The notes under the pieces are model-generated. The model made no database searches. It had not been told where the DNA came from and saw only the letters and a list, made by a program, of their open reading frames with translations. A stretch of 64,000 nucleotides of DNA from a virus. The translations under genes were made by a program, and so were the position numbers. Shown here in pieces: positions 30,864 to 39,821 of this stretch. Numbering within the stretch: position 1 is the stretch's first letter; each line of letters opens with the position of its first letter. Location of the stretch: IMG/VR virus record IMGVR_UViG_3300016478_000246, positions 34,353-98,352 of that record. The stretch is one strand, 5' to 3'.

Positions 30864-31139
30864 TTATTGTTTATTAATTTGATTAGTCCATAATGGCTCT
30901 ACACTACTAATAGCATCATCAAAAACCTCAATAGTAGGGTCTCCATTGTTTTCTTCTGGAGTTATTTCCTCTTCTGTATCGTAAAGTATTTCATACTCGC
31001 TAAATCCAAGAGATTCATCGCATATACTATTTATTGAATTATTTTTTTTAAGTATTTCTATTAACTTATTCATATCCGCATCATCTTTAAGATGAATACG
31101 CCCCCAAATAGTTACTTTTGTATCAATGTATTTACTCAT
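30864..31139 (-). CDS. Hypothetical protein
   Basis: 91-aa ORF with ATGA coupling to the upstream gene. Confidence 0.6.
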   Translation of the reverse strand: MSKYIDTKVTIWGRIHLKDDADMNKLIEILKKNNSINSICDESLGFSEYEILYDTEEEITPEENNGDPTIEVFDDAISSVEPLWTNQINKQ

Positions 31140-31924
31140 ATAATCTTTTCTTTAATAAGCACTTCTTCAACCTTCTCCACCAACTCATCAATAGTTCCGC
31201 TGTTAATTATCATATAATCAAAATCATCACTATCATCTAATGCTGATTCTGATATATGCGGGTCCGGCTCAATAGGCGGCCTTGACACTCTGATGCATAT
31301 ACCACCCCTATCTTTGATAGCTTTTAATTCATTAGGAAATCTAACATCACTAATTATCCATTGAGGATAAAATAAACTTCCTTTTAATTCTCTTTCAACA
31401 GGTTTGTAATCAGCAAATGTAGCATTTACCCACGTATCAGGATGAAATTGACGTCTAAACAAATCTGTGCCAATTTTAGTTAATAGATAACGATAGGTTG
31501 ACTTAAACAATATTGGGTTGCTAAAATAACAATCATCTTCACATTCTTCTTTTCTGATTAAAGCTTCTTTTTCAGAAGAATAATACTCTGTCCAGATTTC
31601 ATATCCAGTAGATATATGCAATTCCCACTTATGCCAAATTTCAGGCAGTTCAGATTTTTTAAACTCCTGGTCTTCCAAATCAGCTCTTGTACACCCTGTT
31701 AATAAGCATATAATATCTTTAAGTTTATCAGCATATTTAACCACTTTGAACCCAGACATTGCTTTACCCAAATTATTATTATTGATAAAAGAGTTAAGAG
31801 TTAAACTCATATAATCTCTTCTATTCATCTCAACATCCCTTCTCCAGATTAAGTATTGTATAATATTAGCTATTAAGTCTTTACCGCTTTCAGATCGACC
31901 ACTAATTCCTATAAGATTTGTCAT
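31136..31924 (-). CDS. Deoxynucleoside monophosphate kinase
   Basis: 'GISGRSESGKD' P-loop, 'YADKLK', 'IISDVRFPNE', 'HISESALD'. Confidence 0.88.
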   Translation of the reverse strand: MTNLIGISGRSESGKDLIANIIQYLIWRRDVEMNRRDYMSLTLNSFINNNNLGKAMSGFKVVKYADKLKDIICLLTGCTRADLEDQEFKKSELPEIWHKWELHISTGYEIWTEYYSSEKEALIRKEECEDDCYFSNPILFKSTYRYLLTKIGTDLFRRQFHPDTWVNATFADYKPVERELKGSLFYPQWIISDVRFPNELKAIKDRGGICIRVSRPPIEPDPHISESALDDSDDFDYMIINSGTIDELVEKVEEVLIKEKII

Positions 31925-31930
31925 AAGTTT

Positions 31931-33022
31931 TTAAACAATACTTTTGTTTTGAGTTAAATAGCGATAAGAAATAAATCCTCTGAAATTATCACACCATCCA
32001 GGAGTGTTATTGTTAATATCATGCTCCAAAGAATCACCATCTCCATATCCATCTTTGACGAGCACTCTACCTTTGGCAAACTCATAATACTCATCGTCAT
32101 TCATAGCTCTTGCACAATGTTCAAAAGGGCTGTAGTGTTTAGACTCTAATAGCTGGTCATGTAATTTAACATCTTTTTCGTAGTTAATCTCCCCATCAAA
32201 AGTCATATATGATAAACGGGCGCACCGGGCAGTTGCTACTTTAATTCCATATTCAGACATATCTTTACCCCATAATTCTGTTATGTTTGGTAAAAAATTC
32301 CATTTATGTAATGCGTAGTCTATCTTATCATTAAAAGGAATATGCCATTGACCACTTTCTAACTGCTTAGGAGTAGATTCATTCATAGCATCCCACATAG
32401 CTTCAGCTAATGCTTGAATATGAATTTCTGCCTGAGATTTATTGATTAATAACCAATCCAAATCAGATAAAGAATTTAAATAATTTCTATCTTTTTCAAA
32501 CCCTTTACCTAAACCGTGTGTATATGAATTAATACAATCTTTTTTACTTTTAAATATCTCTGTTTTATATTCATATTGTGGGCAACGCAATTCAAAAAAG
32601 TTTCTAAAATTAGTTCCAGTAAGCAATACTGTATGCCACATGAAAGGTTCAAGAAGTCTGTTGCAAATTTGTTTGGTGACTCCAGCATAGTGTAACATCC
32701 TTGCCTGGTAAATTGCCTTATTACGAGCCTGTAGCCATTCTAAATCCATTTTATCAGACTCTTCTTTACTCCAGTATTCAGTCCCCTGCATTCCTTTATG
32801 GTCTTTTTGCCAAGCAATAGGGATAAATGGGTCTTCTTCAACCATCTTAACCATCTTCTCAAACGGTATAGCCCTGCTTGATGCAGAGTTACGGCTAAAC
32901 ATTCTATGGGTCATCAACTCCCCGTGAATAAATCTTGGGTAAGTTAATAAAAAAGTAGTGATTCTATCGCCTTGCGGGTTAATAGAATCAGCTACTATTT
33001 GTGCGGATATTTGTTTTTTCAT
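31931..33022 (-). CDS. thyX: FAD-dependent thymidylate synthase
   Basis: 'ELMTHRMFSRNSASSRAIP', 'KQICNRLLEPF', 'ARCARLSY', 'HYSPFEH'. Confidence 0.85.
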   Translation of the reverse strand: MKKQISAQIVADSINPQGDRITTFLLTYPRFIHGELMTHRMFSRNSASSRAIPFEKMVKMVEEDPFIPIAWQKDHKGMQGTEYWSKEESDKMDLEWLQARNKAIYQARMLHYAGVTKQICNRLLEPFMWHTVLLTGTNFRNFFELRCPQYEYKTEIFKSKKDCINSYTHGLGKGFEKDRNYLNSLSDLDWLLINKSQAEIHIQALAEAMWDAMNESTPKQLESGQWHIPFNDKIDYALHKWNFLPNITELWGKDMSEYGIKVATARCARLSYMTFDGEINYEKDVKLHDQLLESKHYSPFEHCARAMNDDEYYEFAKGRVLVKDGYGDGDSLEHDINNNTPGWCDNFRGFISYRYLTQNKSIV

Positions 33023-33291
33023 TAATCTACTTGTTTTGGTGATGGCCCTAAATAAATCATAATATTAAATGCTGCTTTATCATTTGTCCTTAGCTTTTTG
33101 CTATACTTATTAACTATCCCTGTTAAAACATGCCTTTTGATTGTATAATCCATAAATGGGATTAAAATCTTGCCTTCTTCATTGCGCGGAGATTTTTCTT
33201 TTAGTTCATTAAAATCTGCTGGTGGACTTGCATTTTTATAGATTTCTACAAAACAATCATTTATCTTCCTCACTAATTTTGCTTCTGTCAT
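33022..33291 (-). CDS. Hypothetical protein
   Basis: Operon-packed ORF, probable start ATG 33291. Confidence 0.55.
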   Translation of the reverse strand: MTEAKLVRKINDCFVEIYKNASPPADFNELKEKSPRNEEGKILIPFMDYTIKRHVLTGIVNKYSKKLRTNDKAAFNIMIYLGPSPKQVD

Positions 33292-33871
33292 AATTGTCAG
33301 ATTTTTTATCAAATATTTCCATTAATTCATCATACGAAATCGGGGCGTAATTGTTATTATCAACCCCAATGTCATACCGCATAAAGTGTTCAGGCACTTT
33401 TTCAGCTGATTTGCTGTTTGGCCCTCCATGTACATGGCCATGCAGTTGAAAAAATCCACTCTGCCAATACATATATGGATAGTGACTAATAACAAACTGC
33501 TTGTTATTATCTTCACGCACCAGCAATGTTATCATATCTGCCTGAGCATTTATCATTGGCATTTGAGAAAACACTTCCCTATCAAGCTTGTTTTGATAAT
33601 CATGATTACCCATAATCCAATAAATAGTGCCATTAAGCCTATATAATACAGATTCTATTGATTGTATATTACTGGTAAAGAAAAAGTCCCCTGCGACAAA
33701 TACAATGCCGTCAATAGGGACTTTTTCATTCCACAGCCTAATCAATTCTTCAGTTTGTTCCTCGCTATTGTTAAAAGGCCTATCGCAAAACTTAATTATA
33801 TTACCATGAAAAAAATGTGGATCACTGGTAAAAAATAACTTATCTTTGCTGCCTTTATAATCTAATCTCAT
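33257..33871 (-). CDS. Calcineurin-like metallophosphoesterase
   Basis: 'SDPHFFH', 'AGDFF', 'GNHD', 'SHYP', 'LHGHVH'. Confidence 0.9.
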   Translation of the reverse strand: MRLDYKGSKDKLFFTSDPHFFHGNIIKFCDRPFNNSEEQTEELIRLWNEKVPIDGIVFVAGDFFFTSNIQSIESVLYRLNGTIYWIMGNHDYQNKLDREVFSQMPMINAQADMITLLVREDNNKQFVISHYPYMYWQSGFFQLHGHVHGGPNSKSAEKVPEHFMRYDIGVDNNNYAPISYDELMEIFDKKSDNYDRSKISEEDK

Positions 33872-34584
33872 TAGTTAATAACATTAATAAACACTTCGCC
33901 TGTGTTGGTTTCAAATGTGAGATACTCAAGTTTTCTATCAAGACAATCAGTGAAATAAATATCACATCCATTAATACTTTCTTTATGAATAGCGCTCACT
34001 CTTGAATGACCAACGATTTGCGTATAGCCTGGTAACGGCCTAACAAACTCACTCTTATCTTGCCAAAATGGTCCTGGATATAAATCTCCTCCACCCCTGC
34101 AATACCCAACAGTAAGCATAGCATTAAATTGTTCCTTATCTTTTGGATTATCAAGTTGATAAGATATATTGATACTTTTATTGCCCTCAAACTCGTTATT
34201 GAACCATGACTCTGATACTCCGGCATGAGTCAATAAGAAGGTGTTTGAAAAAACCATTGAGCTTTTAAAGCAATTACTGTTAATTGGATTGTGAAGTATT
34301 TCATGCACCTGTGGGATTATCGCATGCCTTGTGCCAGAACATCTGGCTTCTCCTTTCTTAGGGTATAAATATGGCAACTCGTGATTGCCATACAACAACT
34401 TACAAAACTCTTTTGATTTAGCAAACTCAACAATCTCTTTAAAGTTATCAAGTGCTACCTCATCAGACACATCTCTGCCATCAAGGTAATCTCCTAAAAA
34501 CATCCAATATCTAACAGACTTATCCTCGACGATTTTCTTCCAAATATCTTTACCGTGGAGGTCTGGTATAACACCTACTATCAT
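33871..34584 (-). CDS. Calcineurin-like metallophosphoesterase (second)
   Basis: 'PDLHG', 'LGDYLD', 'GNHE', 'THAG', 'VGHS'. Confidence 0.9.
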   Translation of the reverse strand: MIVGVIPDLHGKDIWKKIVEDKSVRYWMFLGDYLDGRDVSDEVALDNFKEIVEFAKSKEFCKLLYGNHELPYLYPKKGEARCSGTRHAIIPQVHEILHNPINSNCFKSSMVFSNTFLLTHAGVSESWFNNEFEGNKSINISYQLDNPKDKEQFNAMLTVGYCRGGGDLYPGPFWQDKSEFVRPLPGYTQIVGHSRVSAIHKESINGCDIYFTDCLDRKLEYLTFETNTGEVFINVIN

Positions 34585-34826
34585 TTCTTAGTAATTTGAG
34601 CTGACAAACCTACTGCCGCACAAAATGCGATTATATACCCGGCAACTTTAAATATAAACGGGCTCACCCCCAGAGCTACTAAATCAAGCAGACTGTTTGC
34701 CCCTACAACCGCAAAAGCCCCACCTCCAATTGTAATTGCCAGATTTCTGGCTTTTTTCCAAAATGATGGCGACTCAGCATTCCATCGTAACACTAATTCA
34801 TTGTAAATATCTATAATTTTTCGCAT
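34581..34826 (-). CDS. Putative holin
   Basis: 81 aa with two hydrophobic helices, 'ESPSFWKK' before TM1 and a basic C-terminus. Confidence 0.55.
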   Translation of the reverse strand: MRKIIDIYNELVLRWNAESPSFWKKARNLAITIGGGAFAVVGANSLLDLVALGVSPFIFKVAGYIIAFCAAVGLSAQITKK

Positions 34827-34827
34827 A

Positions 34828-35181
34828 TTAAATAGTTATTTTTAGTAAGTTTTTTTTAAGTAAATAGCCAAGTACTTTTAAGTCTCTGTTAAGGGATGGC
34901 CTGGCATTAATAGTTGGTGACATTGAATACACAACCCCGTCCATCATTACGTCAAAAGTTGTCCTAGGCCTAACACCAACATACCAATTGTCTATGAGGC
35001 GACTAAGTATTTTGATAGTGATTTCAAGTTCTTTCATATAATCCATGTAGATTAAAGCCTTCTCCAGATTTTTACCCTTATAATAATAAGGCATTTCTTT
35101 TGAAAATAATTTAGACACTTTAACTAATTCTCTTTTAGAATGCCAACGTAACGTTTTTAGAATAAAATTTTTAAAATCCAT
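34828..35181 (-). CDS. Hypothetical protein
   Basis: 117-aa ORF overlapping the upstream stop. Confidence 0.55.
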   Translation of the reverse strand: MDFKNFILKTLRWHSKRELVKVSKLFSKEMPYYYKGKNLEKALIYMDYMKELEITIKILSRLIDNWYVGVRPRTTFDVMMDGVVYSMSPTINARPSLNRDLKVLGYLLKKNLLKITI

Positions 35182-35866
35182 TATCTTCCATTTCTTTAAT
35201 TAATTTAATCGAATTAGGCCACAAATAAGCATCTTCCGTGGTCAATGAGCAATCTATACCATAACCATGCTTGATTGCCCCTATGAGCTCATAAGTAGGC
35301 TCTATGGACATCCCAAGGTCCCTGGTGTTCTGAAATACTCTTACATTGCCAGGCTTGATGTCAACGCCAAGATTATCTTTGATAAGATACTCAATATCCT
35401 GGCTATATTTGTCAAATGGCATATGAATAACAAAGATAGTATCCTTTTTAAAAGGTATATCCGCTATCTTCATGCACTTATCAAAAGTTATAAACCCATT
35501 TTTTGAACTGACATTAAACAGCACCGGTTCACCCTCTATAAGAATATGCGCATGTTTTGCAAAGTTTTGCAAATTGCAATACATTTTTGTAGCTGCCATA
35601 TCATCTGCCAGATGAATAAAGTACATTTCATTTCCTGCGTTTGAACGGTAGTATTGATTTTGCTTCACCACCCCTGCAACTAAAATGTTTTTTTCGTTGC
35701 AATCAAACTCTTGAAGCTCCTTGAGCCTGGCAATGTTATTATAGCCATAATGGTCAATTTTTAGCTTTTGATCGCCAATTATTGATGTTATATTAAAGCC
35801 AATAACTTCTCTCTCAAGCTCAAGGAGTTCACGTTTTGTTAAGTTTTTAAGAATCCGCTTCGCCAT
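35171..35866 (-). CDS. Stand-alone DnaE (Pol III alpha) C-terminal OB-fold-like protein
   Basis: 'LLELEREVIGFNITS' resembles DnaE 'LxxEkevlGfylS'; 'ILVAGVV...NAGNEMYFIHLADD...ILIEGEPVLF' resembles the DnaE OB fold. No catalytic domain. Confidence 0.62.
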   Translation of the reverse strand: MAKRILKNLTKRELLELEREVIGFNITSIIGDQKLKIDHYGYNNIARLKELQEFDCNEKNILVAGVVKQNQYYRSNAGNEMYFIHLADDMAATKMYCNLQNFAKHAHILIEGEPVLFNVSSKNGFITFDKCMKIADIPFKKDTIFVIHMPFDKYSQDIEYLIKDNLGVDIKPGNVRVFQNTRDLGMSIEPTYELIGAIKHGYGIDCSLTTEDAYLWPNSIKLIKEMEDNGF

Positions 35867-36149
35867 TAAATACTAACACAAATCCAACATCTTCAAAATA
35901 CTTAATGTCAATAACTTTGCCAAGATTTTCATACTCGTCACTTGCCATATTCTTAACAACTAATGGCGCCCCTACATAAATCCTGGGGCATTGATTTATT
36001 TCAAGATATGAGCCAAATTCTTCATCGTCTCCAACCCTGTAAGTATTGTCGCCTAAATAAATTTTAGCGGCTCTGGTTTTTGGATTTTCAGATAATGGTG
36101 TTAAAAACCTGGCAAATAAATTTGTCTTTTTAAATAGTTTATATACCAT
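35847..36149 (-). CDS. Hypothetical protein
   Basis: 100-aa operon-packed ORF. Confidence 0.55.
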   Translation of the reverse strand: MVYKLFKKTNLFARFLTPLSENPKTRAAKIYLGDNTYRVGDDEEFGSYLEINQCPRIYVGAPLVVKNMASDEYENLGKVIDIKYFEDVGFVLVFNGEADS

Positions 36150-36158
36150 AATCTTTTG

Positions 36159-36659
36159 TTATTTAACCCAAACAACCATCTTATCAAAATCAACAGTCCA
36201 TTTATGTTCTTGAAAGAATTTAGAGCCAAGCAATCCAGCTATTTCATAGCCTTTATTAATTTCCGGGTCATCAAACAAATCCAAGTCTGCTACTGAAAAC
36301 TCGTTATACCCAAAAGATTTTTTGTTATGAAAGACTTCTTCGTGGAATCCCTGACTTTGAGCCATTTCTCCAGAGGCTGTCATTACTGATGAGTTATCAT
36401 CTTCAACAATCGCTGCTCCAACTTTATCCAAATACTTGGTCCTAACAATATTAATTGTCGACCCCGTATCAAGAAGAAAATAAGCTGAAAGACCACCAAT
36501 TTTTAGTTTTACCAATGGTGCCCTAAACGCCTTTAACTCTTTAAGAAAATTAATTTCATATTTATATTGCTCCTTTAATTTTCGGTTCATGTCCAACACC
36601 ATAAAACCTAATAATAGTACAATTATCAACAACACTATTACAACACCTACTTGTCCCAT
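36159..36659 (-). CDS. Membrane-anchored retropepsin-like aspartic protease
   Basis: N-terminal TM helix, 'FLLDTGS' catalytic motif, 'GLLGSKFF', 'VDF'. Confidence 0.85.
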   Translation of the reverse strand: MGQVGVVIVLLIIVLLLGFMVLDMNRKLKEQYKYEINFLKELKAFRAPLVKLKIGGLSAYFLLDTGSTINIVRTKYLDKVGAAIVEDDNSSVMTASGEMAQSQGFHEEVFHNKKSFGYNEFSVADLDLFDDPEINKGYEIAGLLGSKFFQEHKWTVDFDKMVVWVK

Positions 36660-36667
36660 AAATAAAT

Positions 36668-37696
36668 TTAATTAATGTTAATACTTTTTGTTCCACCATT
36701 TTCATAAGTTTTTCTATCATATGAAAATAGTTGGTTTTCATAATGCCAATGCATATCTTGAAACAAATCCTGCCATGTGGTGTTATATGTTTCAATGATT
36801 TTATCGGCAATGCCGTCAGGGTCATCATCAACCCATATCATCGGTGATAGGTTGACTTTGTTTATGACGACAAATCTGAATGGTAATAACTCATAATCTT
36901 TGAAGAAATCATCTTTTAAAAGATTATCTTTAAGCACAGTGCTATACAAGGGACTTTGAATCCAGTAGTTCCATTCAAAATAGGACTTATTAAATTTATA
37001 CTCAGGCTTGCCGGTAGTCTTTAAGTCCATTGGGATAATTGTTTTGTAAAGATGGTTAACCTTTACGATGTCAAGCATAATCTTAACCGGTATTCCTTTG
37101 ATGTCAGATTTAAATTTAAGCTGGTATAGAAGCTCTTCATTCTCTTCGTCAATATCAAATATACCTGAGGTAAACATATGCTCTTTAAGAGCTATTACAG
37201 TGGCTTTGGCGGCCTCTGCTTCCGCCTTAGTGACAATCTCTTTACCTTCGGAGTACTTTAGTAGCTTGTAATAATCAGAGCCATCTTTGATAACGTTTCT
37301 AATCTTAGCCGCTGGGCCCCAATTTGATTGCCAATCTTCAAGCTCTATGTATGGCAGCATATCTTCACCAACTTCTTCAAGACTATCAAATATCTGCCCG
37401 TAATTTTCATAAATTAAACCAACAGTTTTTTTGATAAAATCTGATGTTTTGTGAGTATCAGCTACAAAAAATCTTTCATTGAAATTCTCAGCATCTGTCA
37501 ATATGCAGTCCACTAAAGAGCCAAAAGTAAGTGAGTCGGTCTTTTTATCTTGCGGCTTAATAAGCCCCATAGGGCCTTCATTAAGCAACCTTGATGCTCT
37601 TGAATAAGAGTATGCAGGATCTTTCCGAAAGACATCTTCAGACACTTGCCATGATATGTCAAAAAGTGATTTTCTATTGTTCATAAATTTCTCCAA
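36668..37696 (-). CDS. PD-(D/E)XK exonuclease (RecE/DUF3799-like)
   Basis: 'YSYS', 'FGSLVDCIL', 'KIMLDIV', 'MDLKTTG', 'YWIQSPLY'. Confidence 0.8.
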   Translation of the reverse strand: MEKFMNNRKSLFDISWQVSEDVFRKDPAYSYSRASRLLNEGPMGLIKPQDKKTDSLTFGSLVDCILTDAENFNERFFVADTHKTSDFIKKTVGLIYENYGQIFDSLEEVGEDMLPYIELEDWQSNWGPAAKIRNVIKDGSDYYKLLKYSEGKEIVTKAEAEAAKATVIALKEHMFTSGIFDIDEENEELLYQLKFKSDIKGIPVKIMLDIVKVNHLYKTIIPMDLKTTGKPEYKFNKSYFEWNYWIQSPLYSTVLKDNLLKDDFFKDYELLPFRFVVINKVNLSPMIWVDDDPDGIADKIIETYNTTWQDLFQDMHWHYENQLFSYDRKTYENGGTKSININ

Positions 37697-37919
37697 GTGA
37701 TTCTAATTGTTTTGTTAAATGAAAATACAGCTCTTGTAAGTTACAAGACCTTTCGCTAATATTTCCAGGAGTTGATTTCATAGACTCTTTTTTTAATTCA
37801 GATACAGTTATTTCCCACATAGATGTGAAATCTCTTTTAGAAAAAAACTTCTCCATTAAAGCCTGATCTTTTTCATTGAAATTATTGCGTATTAACGGCT
37901 CTATCTTAGACCACTTCAT
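37674..37919 (-). CDS. Hypothetical protein
   Basis: 81-aa operon-packed ORF. Confidence 0.55.
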   Translation of the reverse strand: MKWSKIEPLIRNNFNEKDQALMEKFFSKRDFTSMWEITVSELKKESMKSTPGNISERSCNLQELYFHLTKQLESLGEIYEQ

Positions 37920-37921
37920 AA

Positions 37922-38386
37922 TTAGTTTTTTAAGTTTTTAATAAATTCAATACAGTCATTAACTTGTTTTTGATTATGTGGTTCCCAAAATATAGGCGTG
38001 ATTTCATCATTTGGCCTATATGTAGCTTCAAGCCACTTTAAAAACAGTTTACGCTTTGTAGGGTAATCATCATTAGCATAGCCCTTACACTCTATAAATA
38101 TATGATAATTGCCTTTTTTGACAACAAAATCAACTTTATAGGTTTTAGCATCAATTTTAAATCTTTGCTTCATAAGGCCCTTTTGCTTACCACTCTCAAC
38201 AGGGTAGTACACTTCTGTACTGTTCAGTTCAAACGAAGGGATAAGGTCAACCCTCATCCCCTCGTATTCAAAATCAAAATTATTGCTTATGAGTTTTTTG
38301 TAAGTGTATAGCTCAAGCTTACTTCTAAACTTAATATCATCATATACAACTTCCTCAGCACCTATCACTCGTTTGTTTTTACTCAT
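37922..38386 (-). CDS. Endonuclease / Holliday junction resolvase-like (DUF1064/T7 endonuclease I-like)
   Basis: 'DDIKFRSKLE', 'TYKVDF', 'IECKG'. Confidence 0.8.
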   Translation of the reverse strand: MSKNKRVIGAEEVVYDDIKFRSKLELYTYKKLISNNFDFEYEGMRVDLIPSFELNSTEVYYPVESGKQKGLMKQRFKIDAKTYKVDFVVKKGNYHIFIECKGYANDDYPTKRKLFLKWLEATYRPNDEITPIFWEPHNQKQVNDCIEFIKNLKN

Positions 38387-38396
38387 AATTCATTAG

Positions 38397-39821
38397 TTAC
38401 ATTCTTATTGGCGTCTCATATTTTTGATCGTCATCAAGGAATATGTCAAGAGCACCATTTATGTCTAAATGCACTATTGCTGAGTGATTAAACTCATAAC
38501 GACGCGCATCAATATACTCCATCAATATCTTTTCAATATCAGTTCCTTCATATGCATGCTTGATAACGCGCGAAAGGGTTACACCATTAATATCCGCATT
38601 ATCATCTTCTGCAAAATCAAGAATTGCCATAATTATTAATAGCCAATTGATAATCTTTCCGGTATTAAATGTTGGGCCATGAAGCCTGAATTCAACAGTT
38701 TTGCCTTTATTATCAAATAGCAGATTAATTAAATTGAACCAAAAATAACGAAGATTATTTTCCCACTTATGGTCAAAATTTGGATTGCGGGGATGCTTTT
38801 CAAAGAAATTACCCTTTTTGTAAGACATATTTGTTGCTGACAGATATGAGTATAACTCATCAAAATCAGTCACTATTGATGGAAGTCTATTGCAATAATC
38901 TTTGCCAGACTCTTTATAGGCAGAGGTTCTAAATACATTTCTATGGAACATTAAAGCCAAATCATCCTGAATGCGATAAGCCAGGTTCCATAGTTTAGTA
39001 ATTTTTGCTTCATCAAGCGGAAAGTTACCAAGATGGATGTGAAGTGAACACTCTTTATCAAATGTACAATATTTGTTCAGGAGTTTAGTCTGATAGAATA
39101 TGTTATTGATGCCTTCAAGACCTGCCATTGGTATAGAGGTGTATTCAATGCCAGAGATAGAGCCATCTCTAAGTGGGATTAACCCAGCCTTATAGCACTC
39201 GTTTTCAGGAATAATGCCACTGGATGTCTCGTACTCAATGCCAAACGAATATTTATTAACCATTTCAATAAGTCGTTTGCTCTGAACTTTTGGATTAAAA
39301 AAGTCTGGCAAAACAACTTCCTTACGGGCATCCACAAACGTCTGAATTAAATCCGCAGAGTTATATAGCCTTGGGATTGTTCTGTATGGAAAATGATCGC
39401 TTTTAGGCCGTTTACGATGAAAATAATTCATCCTTATGGCTTGAGTATAGTCCACATGCTCTCCAGAGTCAAGATAAACTTTTGGTATTGATTCAAAAAC
39501 CTCATCATTCATGACAATATTCTTGCCATGCCTACTGTTGATATATAGTGCAACAAGTCTATTTGCTTCAAAATGACCAAAATCATACTCTCCGGTGTTT
39601 TTATTATAACTGATTATTCCATAATGGATATTTTCGTTAACCAAACGATATTCATTATGTTTTTTGTCGAAATAGATTTTAGGGTGATTCTTTCGATACC
39701 ACTTTCCTTCAATAGATACGCAATCAACCCCCTTTTTATAGAAATTGTCGCCAATTTTAATACACTCTTTTCTCAGGACTTTTTCTCCTGATACGTTAAC
39801 TACAAGTTCATTCGCTTTCAT
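38397..39821 (-). CDS. Putative amidoligase (glutamine synthetase-like fold, Amidoligase_2)
   Basis: 'FGIEYE', 'RDGSISGIEYTS', 'CSLHIHLG', 'RYFWFN', 'TVEFR'. Confidence 0.82.
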   Translation of the reverse strand: MKANELVVNVSGEKVLRKECIKIGDNFYKKGVDCVSIEGKWYRKNHPKIYFDKKHNEYRLVNENIHYGIISYNKNTGEYDFGHFEANRLVALYINSRHGKNIVMNDEVFESIPKVYLDSGEHVDYTQAIRMNYFHRKRPKSDHFPYRTIPRLYNSADLIQTFVDARKEVVLPDFFNPKVQSKRLIEMVNKYSFGIEYETSSGIIPENECYKAGLIPLRDGSISGIEYTSIPMAGLEGINNIFYQTKLLNKYCTFDKECSLHIHLGNFPLDEAKITKLWNLAYRIQDDLALMFHRNVFRTSAYKESGKDYCNRLPSIVTDFDELYSYLSATNMSYKKGNFFEKHPRNPNFDHKWENNLRYFWFNLINLLFDNKGKTVEFRLHGPTFNTGKIINWLLIIMAILDFAEDDNADINGVTLSRVIKHAYEGTDIEKILMEYIDARRYEFNHSAIVHLDINGALDIFLDDDQKYETPIRM

